Source of the DNA: Bryobacterales bacterium
GTDB lineage: Bacteria > Acidobacteriota > Terriglobia > Bryobacterales > UBA6623
Assembly: GCA_965208945.1 (NCBI GenBank)
Contig: OZ242366.1
Location: 2,195,827-2,259,826, forward strand
Direction: 5' to 3'
DNA length: 64,000 bases
In this document: in pieces, positions 36,226 through 46,199 of the stretch
How the letters are laid out: the number at the start of each line of letters is the position of its first letter
Position numbering within the stretch: position 1 is the first letter of the stretch
Notes under the pieces: generated by a model
What the model was told of the DNA's origin: nothing
The model's input: the letters and a program-made list of their open reading frames with translations, nothing else
The model's database searches: none
Program-made: the position numbers and the translations under genes

Positions 36226-39200
36226 ATGATGTTCGTGCTCCTCGCTGTGTTCTCCCTGCTGTTGACCGGGCTCGCAACGGCTCAGGGACCGCAGGGCGAG
36301 GAGTTCTTTGAGAAGAAGATCCGCCCCGTCCTGGCGGCCCGCTGCTACCTGTGCCATGGAGCGGATGCGCCTCAGGTTCAGGGTGGGTTGCTGCTCGACT
36401 CCCGGCAGGGCGTGCTGACAGGCGGGAACTCCGGGCCGGCGGTCAAGCCCGGCGATCCGGACCGCAGCTTGCTGCTGCAGGCGCTGCGCTACGGCGGACG
36501 GTTGAAGATGCCGCCGGACGGTCCGCTCGGTCCCGAAGTAGTGCGGGACTTCGAAGCGTGGATTCGGATGGGTGCTCCCGACCCGCGGACCGGAGCCGCT
36601 GTCCAAACCGGCCTGCTGCCCGACGGCGCGCGCGAGCATTGGTCGTTCCAACCCCCGGAAATGCCGCCGCTTCCGTCCGCTGGCGAGCAGGATTGGGTAC
36701 GCAACCCGATCGATCGTTTCATTCTCGCCAAGCTGCGGGACAAGGGCATTGAGCCGTCGCCGGAAGCCGATAGACGGACGTTGATTCGACGGCTCAGCTA
36801 TGACCTGACGGGGCTGCCCCCGGCTTGGGAAGAGGTGGAGTCGTTTCTCGCCGATGAATCGCCCGACGCTTACGAAAAGGTGGTCGAGCGCCTGCTCGGA
36901 TCGCAGAGCTACGGTGAGCGCTGGGCGCGTCATTGGATGGACGTGTCGCGCTACTCGGACTCGTTCGACGGCTCGCGGCGCTTCGCCTTTGCGTACACCT
37001 ATCGTGACTGGCTGATTCGCGCTTTCAACGAAGACATGCCCTACGACGAGTTCGTGCGTAAGCAGATTGCTGCGGACCTGCTTCCCGGAGGCGACCGTCG
37101 GGATCTCGCGGCTCTTGGTTTCGTGACGCTCGGGCGCAGTGTGCCGAAGGGCCAGCACGACATGATCGATGACCGGATCGACGCAATTACGCGCGGCTTT
37201 CTGGGGCTGACGGTCACCTGCGCTCGTTGCCACGACCACAAGTTCGACCCCATCCTCACTCGCGAGTATTACGCGCTCTACGGTGTGATCAAGAACTCCC
37301 CTGAGCCGACCGAGTACCCGCTCGTCGCCAATGAGGACCCGCACGATCCGCTCACTCGGCAGTACCGCCGGGGGATGGAACGAAGGCTCAAGGCGATCGA
37401 CGATTTCATCACGAAGCGCCACGCCGAGTTGGTTGCGGAGTTCCGCGCGGCCGACTGGTTGGCGCGCTATCTGCTGGCAGCCGACAAGGCGTCGAAGTTC
37501 AGCAACACGCAGATCGAGCGGCTGTCTCGTGAGCGCGACTACAACTTGTTCGTGCTGAGACGCTGGCGGGACTACCTGAACCGTCTTCGCGAGACGAATG
37601 ATCCGGTCTTCGCGACTTGGAGGGCATACGCCAGGCTTGACGCCGAGTCGTTCGCGGAATCGGCCGCCAGGGTTGAGCCCGTCGGGAATGAGCACGTCCG
37701 TGCAAGCTTTGAGGCGAGGCCCCCGGCTTCGATGGTCGAAGTGGCCGCGCGCTACGGCAAGCTGCTGGCCGAGCGGGACCGGCCCGAGCCTTACGGCGAC
37801 CCCGGGAACGAAGCGTTGCGTCTCGTGTTGCGGGCCGAGGACGCGCCGACGAACGTCAAGCAGGAGGACTTCGTTGAGATTCGCGGTCCGGGAGGGGACG
37901 CCAACATCATTCGGGCTCTGACCCGAGCCGTGCGTGCATGGCAGGCGGAGTGCGCCTACCGGGGACTCGCGCCGCGGGCGATGGCGATCGAAGACGACGC
38001 TCGGCCCGAGCCGGCTTACGTTTTTGTGCGGGGGAATCACAACAACCCGGGCGCGGAGGCGCCGCGGCGCTTTCTGGCCGTGCTCTCCGAAGACCCGAAA
38101 CCGTTTGACGCCGGCAGCGGACGGCTGGCCGTGGCCGAGGCGATCTCTGCTCCGTCGAATCCTCTGACCGCGCGAGTCATCGTCAATCGGGTTTGGGCTT
38201 GGCGCTTCGGTAGGGGCCTGGTCGAGACGACGAGCGATTTCGGGACGCGCGGCGCGCCGCCAACGCATCCCGATTTGCTCGACGATCTGGCTCGCCGCTT
38301 CATGAACGGGGGCTGGTCGCTGAAGCGACTGCACCGCTGGATGGTGCTGTCAAGCACCTACCGGCAATCGAGCCGCGACCGCCCGGCCGCGCGTGAGAAG
38401 GATCCCGAAAACAGGTTGCTCTGGCGGATGCATCGGCGGCGATTGGACTTCGAAGCGTTGCGCGATTCGCTGCTGGCGGTGACGGGGCGCCTTGATCCGG
38501 AAGTAGGCGGATTGCCCTTCTCGCTCGAGGCGCAGCCGGCCGTTCCACGGCGGACCATCTACGCCTATCTCGAGCGCGGTCGGTTGCCGGGCGAGATGTA
38601 CACCTTCGATTTCGCGAAGCCCGAGGCGCACCAGCCGGAGCGCGTCCGGACGATCGTGCCGCAACAGGCGCTTTACTTGATGAACAGCCCCTTCGTGGCG
38701 GAGCAGGCCGTGCACTTGGCCGGACGGCCTGAGATTGACTCGCGGCCGACCGCGGAAGGGCGGGTCCGGTCACTGTATCGAATCGTCTATCAGCGCGAGC
38801 CCGGCGATTCGGAACTGAGGTTGGGGCTTGAGCTGGCGCGCTCTTCTGCCTCGGATACGGCTATACCTGCTGCACCCGGAGCGTGGAGTTACGGTTCCGG
38901 GTCTTTTGATGCCGCGAGCGAGCGGGTGAGGGGATTCGAGCCGTTCCGGTATTTCGAGGGGGGCCGCTGGCAACCGGCTTCGCTTCGGCCGCAGCCGCTA
39001 TTCGCGGGACTGTCGTTGTCGGCCCGGGGAGGAGCTCCGGGCGGCCGTTCCGGGCTTTTGGCGGTGCGCCGCTGGGAGGCGCCGCGGTCGGGGACGGCGA
39101 GCATCGCCGGCGCTTTCAAGCATTCCATGAACGAGCAAAGAGAATGGAGTGATGGAGTGCGGGTCTGGATTGTGCATAGCCGCCTTGGAGTTCTCGCCGA

Positions 39201-39459
39201 GGGCGTGGCTCGCAACGAGGAGTTCGAGCTCCGTGCGGAGAATATCGAGACTGGAGAAGGCGACACGATCGACTTTGTCGTCGGCGCAGGGGACGACATT
39301 GAGAGCGACGAGTTTGCCTGGGAGCCCGAGATTCGCATCGGTTCCGATACCTGGAACGCGGCGGCGGACTTCCGAGGCCCCGAGCCGAAGCAACTGGGCC
39401 GCTGGGCTCGTCTCGCTCAAGTGCTGCTGGCGGCGCACGAGTTCGCTTTTGTAGATTAG
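36226..39459 (+). CDS. PSCyt1/DUF1549/DUF1553 family secreted protein (second copy)
   Basis: Starts MMFVLLAVFSLLLTGLATAQG after ggacggaag. Carries CYLCHGA and VTCARCHDHKFDP. Paralog of 13-3123. Confidence 0.9.
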   Translation: MMFVLLAVFSLLLTGLATAQGPQGEEFFEKKIRPVLAARCYLCHGADAPQVQGGLLLDSRQGVLTGGNSGPAVKPGDPDRSLLLQALRYGGRLKMPPDGPLGPEVVRDFEAWIRMGAPDPRTGAAVQTGLLPDGAREHWSFQPPEMPPLPSAGEQDWVRNPIDRFILAKLRDKGIEPSPEADRRTLIRRLSYDLTGLPPAWEEVESFLADESPDAYEKVVERLLGSQSYGERWARHWMDVSRYSDSFDGSRRFAFAYTYRDWLIRAFNEDMPYDEFVRKQIAADLLPGGDRRDLAALGFVTLGRSVPKGQHDMIDDRIDAITRGFLGLTVTCARCHDHKFDPILTREYYALYGVIKNSPEPTEYPLVANEDPHDPLTRQYRRGMERRLKAIDDFITKRHAELVAEFRAADWLARYLLAADKASKFSNTQIERLSRERDYNLFVLRRWRDYLNRLRETNDPVFATWRAYARLDAESFAESAARVEPVGNEHVRASFEARPPASMVEVAARYGKLLAERDRPEPYGDPGNEALRLVLRAEDAPTNVKQEDFVEIRGPGGDANIIRALTRAVRAWQAECAYRGLAPRAMAIEDDARPEPAYVFVRGNHNNPGAEAPRRFLAVLSEDPKPFDAGSGRLAVAEAISAPSNPLTARVIVNRVWAWRFGRGLVETTSDFGTRGAPPTHPDLLDDLARRFMNGGWSLKRLHRWMVLSSTYRQSSRDRPAAREKDPENRLLWRMHRRRLDFEALRDSLLAVTGRLDPEVGGLPFSLEAQPAVPRRTIYAYLERGRLPGEMYTFDFAKPEAHQPERVRTIVPQQALYLMNSPFVAEQAVHLAGRPEIDSRPTAEGRVRSLYRIVYQREPGDSELRLGLELARSSASDTAIPAAPGAWSYGSGSFDAASERVRGFEPFRYFEGGRWQPASLRPQPLFAGLSLSARGGAPGGRSGLLAVRRWEAPRSGTASIAGAFKHSMNEQREWSDGVRVWIVHSRLGVLAEGVARNEEFELRAENIETGEGDTIDFVVGAGDDIESDEFAWEPEIRIGSDTWNAAADFRGPEPKQLGRWARLAQVLLAAHEFAFVD

Positions 39460-39467
39460 GAGCCGGA

Positions 39468-40862
39468 ATGTTCGATTCGAGCCGCCGTCGGTTCCTCAAG
39501 CATTGCGGGATGGGTCTGCCCGCGCTGGCCGCGGGCGCGCTCCTGAGCGAGCAGGCGCAAGCGGGGCCGCTCGATCCGAAACAGCCGCATTTCCCCCCCA
39601 GGGCGAAGCGGGTGATCCATTTGTTCATGAACGGCGGGCCGTCGCAGGTCGATACGTTCGACCCCAAGCCGGCGCTCGCCAGGTATGCCGGCAAGGAACT
39701 GCCCTTCAAGTTCAAGACCGAGCGCCGGACGGGCGCCGCGTTTCCTTCGCCTTTCAAGTTCAAGCAGCACGGCGAGAGCGGACTTCCGGTCAGCGAGATC
39801 TATCCCGCGTTGAGCCGGCATGTCGACAAGATGTGCGTCATCCGGTCAATGCACAGCCCGCTTCCGAACCACGAGCCGTCTCTGATGTTGATGAACTGCG
39901 GCGACATCAGGCAAGTGCGGCCGAGTTTCGGCTCGTGGGTCACCTACGGCCTCGGCTCGGAGAACCGGAACTTGCCGGGCTTCGTCGTGTTGTGTCCGGG
40001 CGGATTTCCGGTGCAAGGCGCGCACAACTGGCGGTCCGCGTTCCTTCCCGGAGCCTTCCAGGGTACGCACATCGACACCAAAAAGACGGATATCGACGAG
40101 TTGATCGCTCATATCCGCAATCCTTCCATCCCTCTCGAAGAGCAGCGCCGGCAGCTCGATCTGCTGGCGAAGCTGAACCGGCGCTATATGGAGGATCGCG
40201 TCGCCGATGCACGCCTCGAATCACGTCTGGAGAGTTTCGAGCTTGCCTATCGTATGCAGATGGAGGCTGCGGACGTTTTCGATGTGAGCAAAGAGCCTCG
40301 GCACATCCTGGAGGCTTACGGAGACACGCTGCACGGACGGCAGATTCTCATGGGCCGCCGTCTGCTGGAGCGCGGTGTACGCTTTGTTCAGATTTGGCAT
40401 GGCGCGGGCCAACCGTGGGATTCCCACAACGACATCGAGAAGAATCACCGCAAGCTGGCGCATGAGAACGATAAGCCCATTGCTGCCCTTCTCACTGATC
40501 TGCAGCAACGCGGCATGCTCGAAGAGACTCTTGTGCTCTGGGGAGGCGAGTTCGGACGGACCCCGACCGTGGAGTTGGCGGAGAAGGGAGCCAACAGCGG
40601 GATGGTGAATGGTCGAGATCACAATCCTCATGGATTCACGGTTTGGGTCGCTGGAGGCGGCGTCAAGGGCGGCATGGCCTACGGCGCGACAGACGAGTTC
40701 GGTTTCGCCGCCGAGCAGAACAAGGTCCATGTGCACGACTTGCACGCGACCCTGCTCCATCTGCTAGGCTTCGATCACGAGAAGTTCACGTACCGCTATG
40801 CCGGTCGTGACTTCCGGCTTACCGACGTGCACGGCCGCGTCGTGCGCGGCATTCTTGCTTAG
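39468..40862 (+). CDS. DUF1501 domain protein (second copy), Tat-type signal
   Basis: 464 aa. N-terminus SRRRFLKHCGMGLPALAAGALL. Blocks GGEFGRTP and RDHNPHGF. Confidence 0.9.
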   Translation: MFDSSRRRFLKHCGMGLPALAAGALLSEQAQAGPLDPKQPHFPPRAKRVIHLFMNGGPSQVDTFDPKPALARYAGKELPFKFKTERRTGAAFPSPFKFKQHGESGLPVSEIYPALSRHVDKMCVIRSMHSPLPNHEPSLMLMNCGDIRQVRPSFGSWVTYGLGSENRNLPGFVVLCPGGFPVQGAHNWRSAFLPGAFQGTHIDTKKTDIDELIAHIRNPSIPLEEQRRQLDLLAKLNRRYMEDRVADARLESRLESFELAYRMQMEAADVFDVSKEPRHILEAYGDTLHGRQILMGRRLLERGVRFVQIWHGAGQPWDSHNDIEKNHRKLAHENDKPIAALLTDLQQRGMLEETLVLWGGEFGRTPTVELAEKGANSGMVNGRDHNPHGFTVWVAGGGVKGGMAYGATDEFGFAAEQNKVHVHDLHATLLHLLGFDHEKFTYRYAGRDFRLTDVHGRVVRGILA

Positions 40863-40903
40863 TGAGACCGCAAGGGTTCACTTCACGGAAGGAGGTAGTC
40901 TGT

Positions 40904-41299
40904 ATGAAGGCGATAACGGAGGTAGGAATTCAAGCCTTCACGCTCAACGCGTTGCGCATCGTCACGGGGTTCCTGATTGCGCCTCATGGGGCTCAGAAGC
41001 TGTTCGGGGTCCTCGGGAAAGATCCGGTTGACTCGATCTTCTCGCTATCGGGTGTGGCGGGGGTGCTCGAGTTCTTCGGCGGCATGGCACTGATCTTCGG
41101 CATCTTTACGCGCCAAGTCGCTTTCGTGCTGTCGGGATTGATGGCGGCCGCCTATTGGATGGCGCACGGCACGGAGGCATTCTGGCCGATCGTGAACCAG
41201 GGGGAGCTGGCCGCACTCTACTGTTTCGTGTTCCTGTTCCTGTCCGCCCAAGGCGGGGGCAGGTTTTCCCTCGAGGGGTGGATTCAGCACCGGCGATAG
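40904..41299 (+). CDS. DoxX family membrane protein
   Basis: Starts MKAITEV after ggagg. Contains RIVTGFLIAPHGAQKLFG. Four TM segments. Confidence 0.8.
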   Translation: MKAITEVGIQAFTLNALRIVTGFLIAPHGAQKLFGVLGKDPVDSIFSLSGVAGVLEFFGGMALIFGIFTRQVAFVLSGLMAAAYWMAHGTEAFWPIVNQGELAALYCFVFLFLSAQGGGRFSLEGWIQHRR

Positions 41300-41337
41300 G
41301 CGGCACTGATCGCAGGCGGTCAACGACCCTGGCTCCC

Positions 41338-41533
41338 CACGCTTGGCGCGCGCAGGTGTACTTGATCGTACATCGAGCACGGCAAGCAAGCGCAACGTAG
41401 TCATGGCGGTCGTATCGCCTCCTTCGGCCCTCGGGTTACGAGACACGCAACACGGCCTTTAAGGTTTTTTACGAAACACGAAACACGGCCGTTTTATCGC
41501 GTGTTCCGGCCGTCATGTGGTGAGAAATGCAGG
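41338..41533 (+). mobile_element. MITE copy L (left arm missing; heptad-bearing right part)
   Basis: Begins within the gcttggcgcgcgcagg centre and ends in gtggtgagaaatgcagg plus CTAG. Contains two heptad arrays at 41436-41489. Confidence 0.8.
41436..41489. repeat. Two (W)CACGMR heptad arrays separated by ctttaaggtttt
   Basis: Units read ttacgag acacgca acacggc ... ttacgaa acacgaa acacggc. Confidence 0.8.
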
Positions 41534-41559
41534 CTAGCCCCCCCGACTCCCATCTCATC

Positions 41560-43638
41560 GTGCCGAATCCGATCACACGAGGAGAATTCCTCGTTGCGCT
41601 CGCAGCGGGCGGTACTGCGCTGGCGAGCCCCGCCGTAGCCCATGACGGCGGCCGCATGATGTGGGACTTCATGACCGGCTACATCCGCCTGCTCGACCAA
41701 AAACGCCGCGAGCGTTTCGACGCCATCGAAACCCCGGAGGACCTCGACGTGCTGCGGCGCAAGGTTCGCTCCAGGCTCACCGAGATGTGGGGTCCTTTCC
41801 CCAAGGAAAAGACGCCGCTCAACCCGCAGAGGCTCGGCGTGATCGAGCGACAGGGTTACCGCATCGAGAAGATCATCTACGAATCGCGGCCGCGGTTGTT
41901 CGTGCCCGTGAACCTGTACCGTCCCACCGGCGCCGACGGACCCTTTCCGGCCACCATCTTTCCTCCCGGTCATGCCGCGGCCGGGAAGGCCTTTCCCGAC
42001 TATCAGAAGTTCTGCATTCGGATGGCTCTGTCGGGATTCGTCGTTCTCATCTGGGATCCGATCAGTCAAGGCGAGCGCGTCCAGCTTTGGAACGCGAAAG
42101 ACGACAGCCCACTGGCTGGAATTGGCACCCGGGAGCACAGCGTGCTGGGGCGGCAGTGCTACCTGCTGGGTCTCAATTTGATGCAGTACCGGGTTTGGGA
42201 GTCGATTCGGGCGATCGACTACCTGGAATCGCGCTCCGATGTGGATGCCGGCCGAATCGCCATGGCCGGCAACTCGGGCGGCGGCATGGAGACGCTCCAA
42301 TTCGCTGGCTTCGAGGACCGGCTGCAGGCCGCCGTATCCACCTGCGCCGTTGCGACGTTCCGAGCAAAGACCGAGGCCTTGTTGATTGCCGACCCGGAGC
42401 AGATCCTTCACGGCACGCTGCGGCACGGTATCGATCATCCCGAATTGCTGGCCAGCTTCGGACCCAGGCCCTTGATGATCGGCGCAGCCATCCGGGACTA
42501 CGTTCCCATCGCGGCCGCCCGCAGCACATACCAGGAAGTCGCCAAGGCCTATCGTCTGCTGAACGCCTCCGGGAAGCTTGTACTGCAGGAAACGGACGAC
42601 ACGCACGGCCTCAACAGGGAATTGCGGGATGCCGCCGTGCGCTGGCTGAGTCGCTGGTTGAATCCTGATGCCCCGAAGAGCGAAGAGCCGTTGGCTGTTC
42701 TGCCGGAGGAGGATCTTCGTTGCACCTCGACGGGCCAGGTCGCGACCTCCTTCGATTCGAGCAGCGTCTTGACGCTGAACCAGGCGTACGCCGAGCAGAC
42801 GGCCCCGCAACGTTCCGTCCCCAAAACCGCGGATGAATACACCGTCTTTCGCTCTGAAATCCGCCGTCGGGTCCAGAACATTACTCGGGTCGGACCGCTG
42901 AAACGCGAGCCCGGCGTTCTCGTGCCGGACCGTGTCTTCGATACGGCGGATTTCCCCAAAGGAGACGCGATCGTCGTCTCCGATTCGGGCAAGGACGATC
43001 CGCTCATTCGCCGCAGTGTCATCGACCCGCTCATTGCCGCGGGCTACCGGGTCATCGGCATCGACCTTCGTGGATGGGGCGTCACGAAGCCCGCCCTCGA
43101 GGGTTACCAGGTGAGGTTCGACTGGGACGACTTCTTTGCCTACCGCTCCCTCGAGATCGGCCGGCCGCTGTTGGGACAGCGCATGAGAGATCTGCTCGGG
43201 GCGGCCCCGAGCCGGACCACGCACCGCACTTGGCTTGTTGTCGGCGTCGGTGCGGCGGCGCTTGTTGCGCTGCACGCTGCCGTGATCGATCCGAGAATCG
43301 ACCGGCTGGTCACGGTAGGCGGACTGCTGTCGTACCGATCGCTCATTGACGATCCGCTCGCAAGAGAACCCTTTAGCAGCTATCTGCCCGGAGTGATTCG
43401 CGCCTACGACATCCGTGATCTCTATGCGGCGTTGGCGCCGCGCCAGGTGCTGGTCGTGAATCCCATGAGCTCGCGCCGCCGGCCGGCCGGGAGGCTGCAA
43501 GCCTGGGAGCAACTTGACTGGGCGTCCCGGGTCTACGAGCTGAACGGCGCGGCCGATTCATTCCGGCTGGAGACGAAAATCAGCTCCTTGCAGATGCGGG
43601 AAAGGCTCGAAGAATGGGCCGGTGCGGTAACCTGCTAA
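41560..43638 (+). CDS. Alpha/beta hydrolase (acetyl-xylan-esterase/dienelactone-hydrolase-like), secreted
   Basis: Nucleophile elbow AMAGNSGGG. A GTG start at 41560 gives VPNPITRGEFLVALAAGG. The alternative ATG at 41527 lies inside the MITE L terminus. Confidence 0.75.
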   Translation: MPNPITRGEFLVALAAGGTALASPAVAHDGGRMMWDFMTGYIRLLDQKRRERFDAIETPEDLDVLRRKVRSRLTEMWGPFPKEKTPLNPQRLGVIERQGYRIEKIIYESRPRLFVPVNLYRPTGADGPFPATIFPPGHAAAGKAFPDYQKFCIRMALSGFVVLIWDPISQGERVQLWNAKDDSPLAGIGTREHSVLGRQCYLLGLNLMQYRVWESIRAIDYLESRSDVDAGRIAMAGNSGGGMETLQFAGFEDRLQAAVSTCAVATFRAKTEALLIADPEQILHGTLRHGIDHPELLASFGPRPLMIGAAIRDYVPIAAARSTYQEVAKAYRLLNASGKLVLQETDDTHGLNRELRDAAVRWLSRWLNPDAPKSEEPLAVLPEEDLRCTSTGQVATSFDSSSVLTLNQAYAEQTAPQRSVPKTADEYTVFRSEIRRRVQNITRVGPLKREPGVLVPDRVFDTADFPKGDAIVVSDSGKDDPLIRRSVIDPLIAAGYRVIGIDLRGWGVTKPALEGYQVRFDWDDFFAYRSLEIGRPLLGQRMRDLLGAAPSRTTHRTWLVVGVGAAALVALHAAVIDPRIDRLVTVGGLLSYRSLIDDPLAREPFSSYLPGVIRAYDIRDLYAALAPRQVLVVNPMSSRRRPAGRLQAWEQLDWASRVYELNGAADSFRLETKISSLQMRERLEEWAGAVTC

Positions 43639-43648
43639 GCTTCCCTTC

Positions 43649-44704
43649 ATGCACCGAATAGGCTTATCCGCGGTTGTGATACTGCTGGTCGCGTTAGCAG
43701 CCGGCCTAACTGCTTCCGAGCGCTATGTTGCTGTGGACAACGTCTGCGCCTGGCCGAACCTGACGGTCTTGCCGAATGGGGACTTGACGGCCGCGATCTT
43801 CAACCACCCAAGTCACGGTCTTGCCGAGGGCGACGTGGAGGTATGGGCGAGTTCGGATGGAGGCAAGCTCTGGGAGCTTCGCGGCGCCGCTACCACGCAC
43901 GACACGGGAACGAACCGCATGAACGTCGCGGCCGGCCTGGCTCACAACGGGGATCTGGTCGTGCTCGCATCGGGCTGGGGTGGGGCTGGTTTCCGCAGGA
44001 AGATCCTGCCGGTGATGGTGAATCGTTCTTCTGACGGCGGCCGGACCTGGCAGCGCTCGTTCGACGTCGAGCTCCCCGGCGGGCTTTCTTACCTCATTCC
44101 CTTCGGTGACATCGTCTTGATGGAGAGCGGCATGTTGGCGGCGCCCTTCTATCAGGAGGACCGCGACTTGTCGTCCGGCAAGCGCCCGCAGGTAAGCAAG
44201 GGCAGCGCCTACCTCCTTTTCAGCAAGGACGACGGGCGGACCTGGGGAGACGGCGTTGTTCTCGCACGCGGCGATTACAACGAGACGTCCGTCCTGAGGA
44301 TTCGCCCCGATCGCTGGTTGGCGGCGGTGCGGACCTATCGAGACGGGCACCTCGAGCTTTTTGAATCGAGCAATGAAGGGAAGACCTGGAAGAATGCCGG
44401 GCCCCTCACGCTGCCCAGCCATCATCCGGCCCACCTGCTTCAACTCGATGACGGCCGCATCCTGCTGACCTACGGCATCCGCGAGAAAGGCCACCAGGGA
44501 GTGGGGATGCGCATCAGCGAGGACGAAGGGAAGACCTGGAAAGCTCCGACGCGAGTCGTCAACCTTGAAGGCACCACCGACGGCGGCTATCCTTCCACGG
44601 TCCAGCTTCCGGACGGCAGCCTTCTCACGGCCTACTACAGCAACGGCATTCCCCAACACCGCCGCTACCACATGGGAGTGGTCCGCTGGACGTTGTCTGA
44701 CTGA
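43649..44704 (+). CDS. BNR/Asp-box repeat protein (sialidase-like glycoside hydrolase fold)
   Basis: Five Asp-box-like motifs: SSDGGKLW, SSDGGRTW, SKDDGRTW, SNEGKTW, SEDEGKTW. Confidence 0.8.
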   Translation: MHRIGLSAVVILLVALAAGLTASERYVAVDNVCAWPNLTVLPNGDLTAAIFNHPSHGLAEGDVEVWASSDGGKLWELRGAATTHDTGTNRMNVAAGLAHNGDLVVLASGWGGAGFRRKILPVMVNRSSDGGRTWQRSFDVELPGGLSYLIPFGDIVLMESGMLAAPFYQEDRDLSSGKRPQVSKGSAYLLFSKDDGRTWGDGVVLARGDYNETSVLRIRPDRWLAAVRTYRDGHLELFESSNEGKTWKNAGPLTLPSHHPAHLLQLDDGRILLTYGIREKGHQGVGMRISEDEGKTWKAPTRVVNLEGTTDGGYPSTVQLPDGSLLTAYYSNGIPQHRRYHMGVVRWTLSD

Positions 44705-44803
44705 CCTGAAACATCCTCCTGATCAAGGGGCAGCGGACACCCATCCGGATGTTTCCGGATTGAATGATCCACAGACGAGCGGAGGAAAAACTGGCATAGC
44801 AGG
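44705..44803. mobile_element. X-family small element X2 (99 bp)
   Basis: Begins cctgaaacatcctcctgatcaag immediately after the TGA stop of the BNR gene. Ends ggcatagcagg. Separated from MITE M by cgag. Confidence 0.65.
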
Positions 44804-44807
44804 CGAG

Positions 44808-44984
44808 CCTGCATGTCTCACCACGCGGCTAGGTGAAGTGCGTGAGAGGGTCGTTAGGACGAGGCGAGCGCCGCTTGGCGCGCACAGGCGTACTTGAACA
44901 GTACGTCGAGCACGGCGAGCAAGCACAACAAAGTGATGGCGGTCGTATCGCGTGCTTCGGCCGTCGGAAGCTGAGAAATGCAGG
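44808..44984 (+). mobile_element. MITE copy M (short subfamily)
   Basis: The right flank CTAA (44985-44988) contains the stop codon (TAG on the minus strand) of the aldo/keto reductase gene. Confidence 0.88.
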
Positions 44985-45950
44985 CTAACTGCCCTGATAC
45001 TCGTGTCTGCGCCGGCCTTCGAGCGCCGTGCGCGCGTCGCGCTTCCAGTCTTCCAGGTCGGGGCCGGCAAGCTCTGCGGCTCTCCCGCGCAGCTCGGCCA
45101 TCACATCCCTGTTGTACTGCGAGAACTGCTGCGCGATGCGGACATCGTCTTCGATCTGACCGATCGTCGTGCATCCGACCGCGAGGCAATGGATCGGAAG
45201 GCTCAGCACGTAGTTGATGCATTGCCCGACCCCGAATGACTGGAGCAGCTTCGAGTTGGCCGTGCTCTTCATGCCCTGGATGCCCAGGTTCTGCTTTTGG
45301 GCTTCCGGCAGCACCTTCTGTTCGAAGCTCAAATACGACGGATCGGCTGGATTGAGCGGCATCAGGATCGTGTCGAAGTCCTTGTAAAGCCGCAGCATCT
45401 CGAGATGGGCTTCCGGATCGTGATGCCCGGTAAAACCGATGTAGCGGCATTTGCCCGCTTTCTTTGCCGCCTCGAAAGCTTCGATCGCACCGCCGGGAGC
45501 GAAGATGGCTTTGAGGTCCTCATCTGACTTGACGGAGTGAATCTGCCACAGATCGAGATAGTCGGTCTTGAGTCTCTTCAGCGACTTGTGTAGTTCTTCC
45601 TCGGCTTCCTTGCGGGTTCGCTTCACGCTCTTCGTGGTCAGGAAGACCTCCTTGCGGACATCCTCGAGCGCTTCGCCGTAGACCACCTCGGAGCGGCCGT
45701 TCCAGTAGCTGTGTGCATTGTCGAAGTAGTTGAGCCCGAGTTCATAGGAGCGGCGCGTGATGGCCTTGGCCTGATCGAACGTGCAAAGCGGAAAACGCCC
45801 ACCGGCTTGTCCGACGAGCGTGAGTTTCTCGCCGGTCTTGCCGAACGTCCTTTTCGGTACGTCACCGGCTTTCAGGCGGCTCGCCCGGGTACTGCCCGCC
45901 GCGATGCTCAACCCCGCAACAGCACTGCCGAAGAAGCTGCGTCGTTTCAT
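44985..45950 (-). CDS. Aldo/keto reductase, Tat-type signal
   Basis: Starts MKRRSFFGSAVAGLSIAAG. AKR blocks (YFDNAHSY, GFTGHH). Confidence 0.88.
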   Translation of the reverse strand: MKRRSFFGSAVAGLSIAAGSTRASRLKAGDVPKRTFGKTGEKLTLVGQAGGRFPLCTFDQAKAITRRSYELGLNYFDNAHSYWNGRSEVVYGEALEDVRKEVFLTTKSVKRTRKEAEEELHKSLKRLKTDYLDLWQIHSVKSDEDLKAIFAPGGAIEAFEAAKKAGKCRYIGFTGHHDPEAHLEMLRLYKDFDTILMPLNPADPSYLSFEQKVLPEAQKQNLGIQGMKSTANSKLLQSFGVGQCINYVLSLPIHCLAVGCTTIGQIEDDVRIAQQFSQYNRDVMAELRGRAAELAGPDLEDWKRDARTALEGRRRHEYQGS

Positions 45951-46199
45951 GGTTTCCTCCCGGAGTCGACAAATAGCCGCCCCAATCATAACACCTGTCT
46001 CGGTCGTGTTGTGCCGTCAAGCACGGTGTTTCGGTCAGGAACGAGATCCACCGGGACCAAGCCCTGCACAACTGGCGCCGTGGTCTTGTTCGTAGCGGGC
46101 GTGCTGCCGCCGGAAGCAGTGTAGCCCTTCCACGGGATGCCGGCCGTACCCTGAACGGAACGTTTGCGCCGTCGTCGTTGTAGAGAACGGCAGCAGAGC

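Noticed and set aside
41560-41640. Tat signal for the alpha/beta hydrolase (ITRGEFLVALAAGG).
   Set aside because: The twin-arginine is not present (R-G), so I call it only a probable signal peptide.
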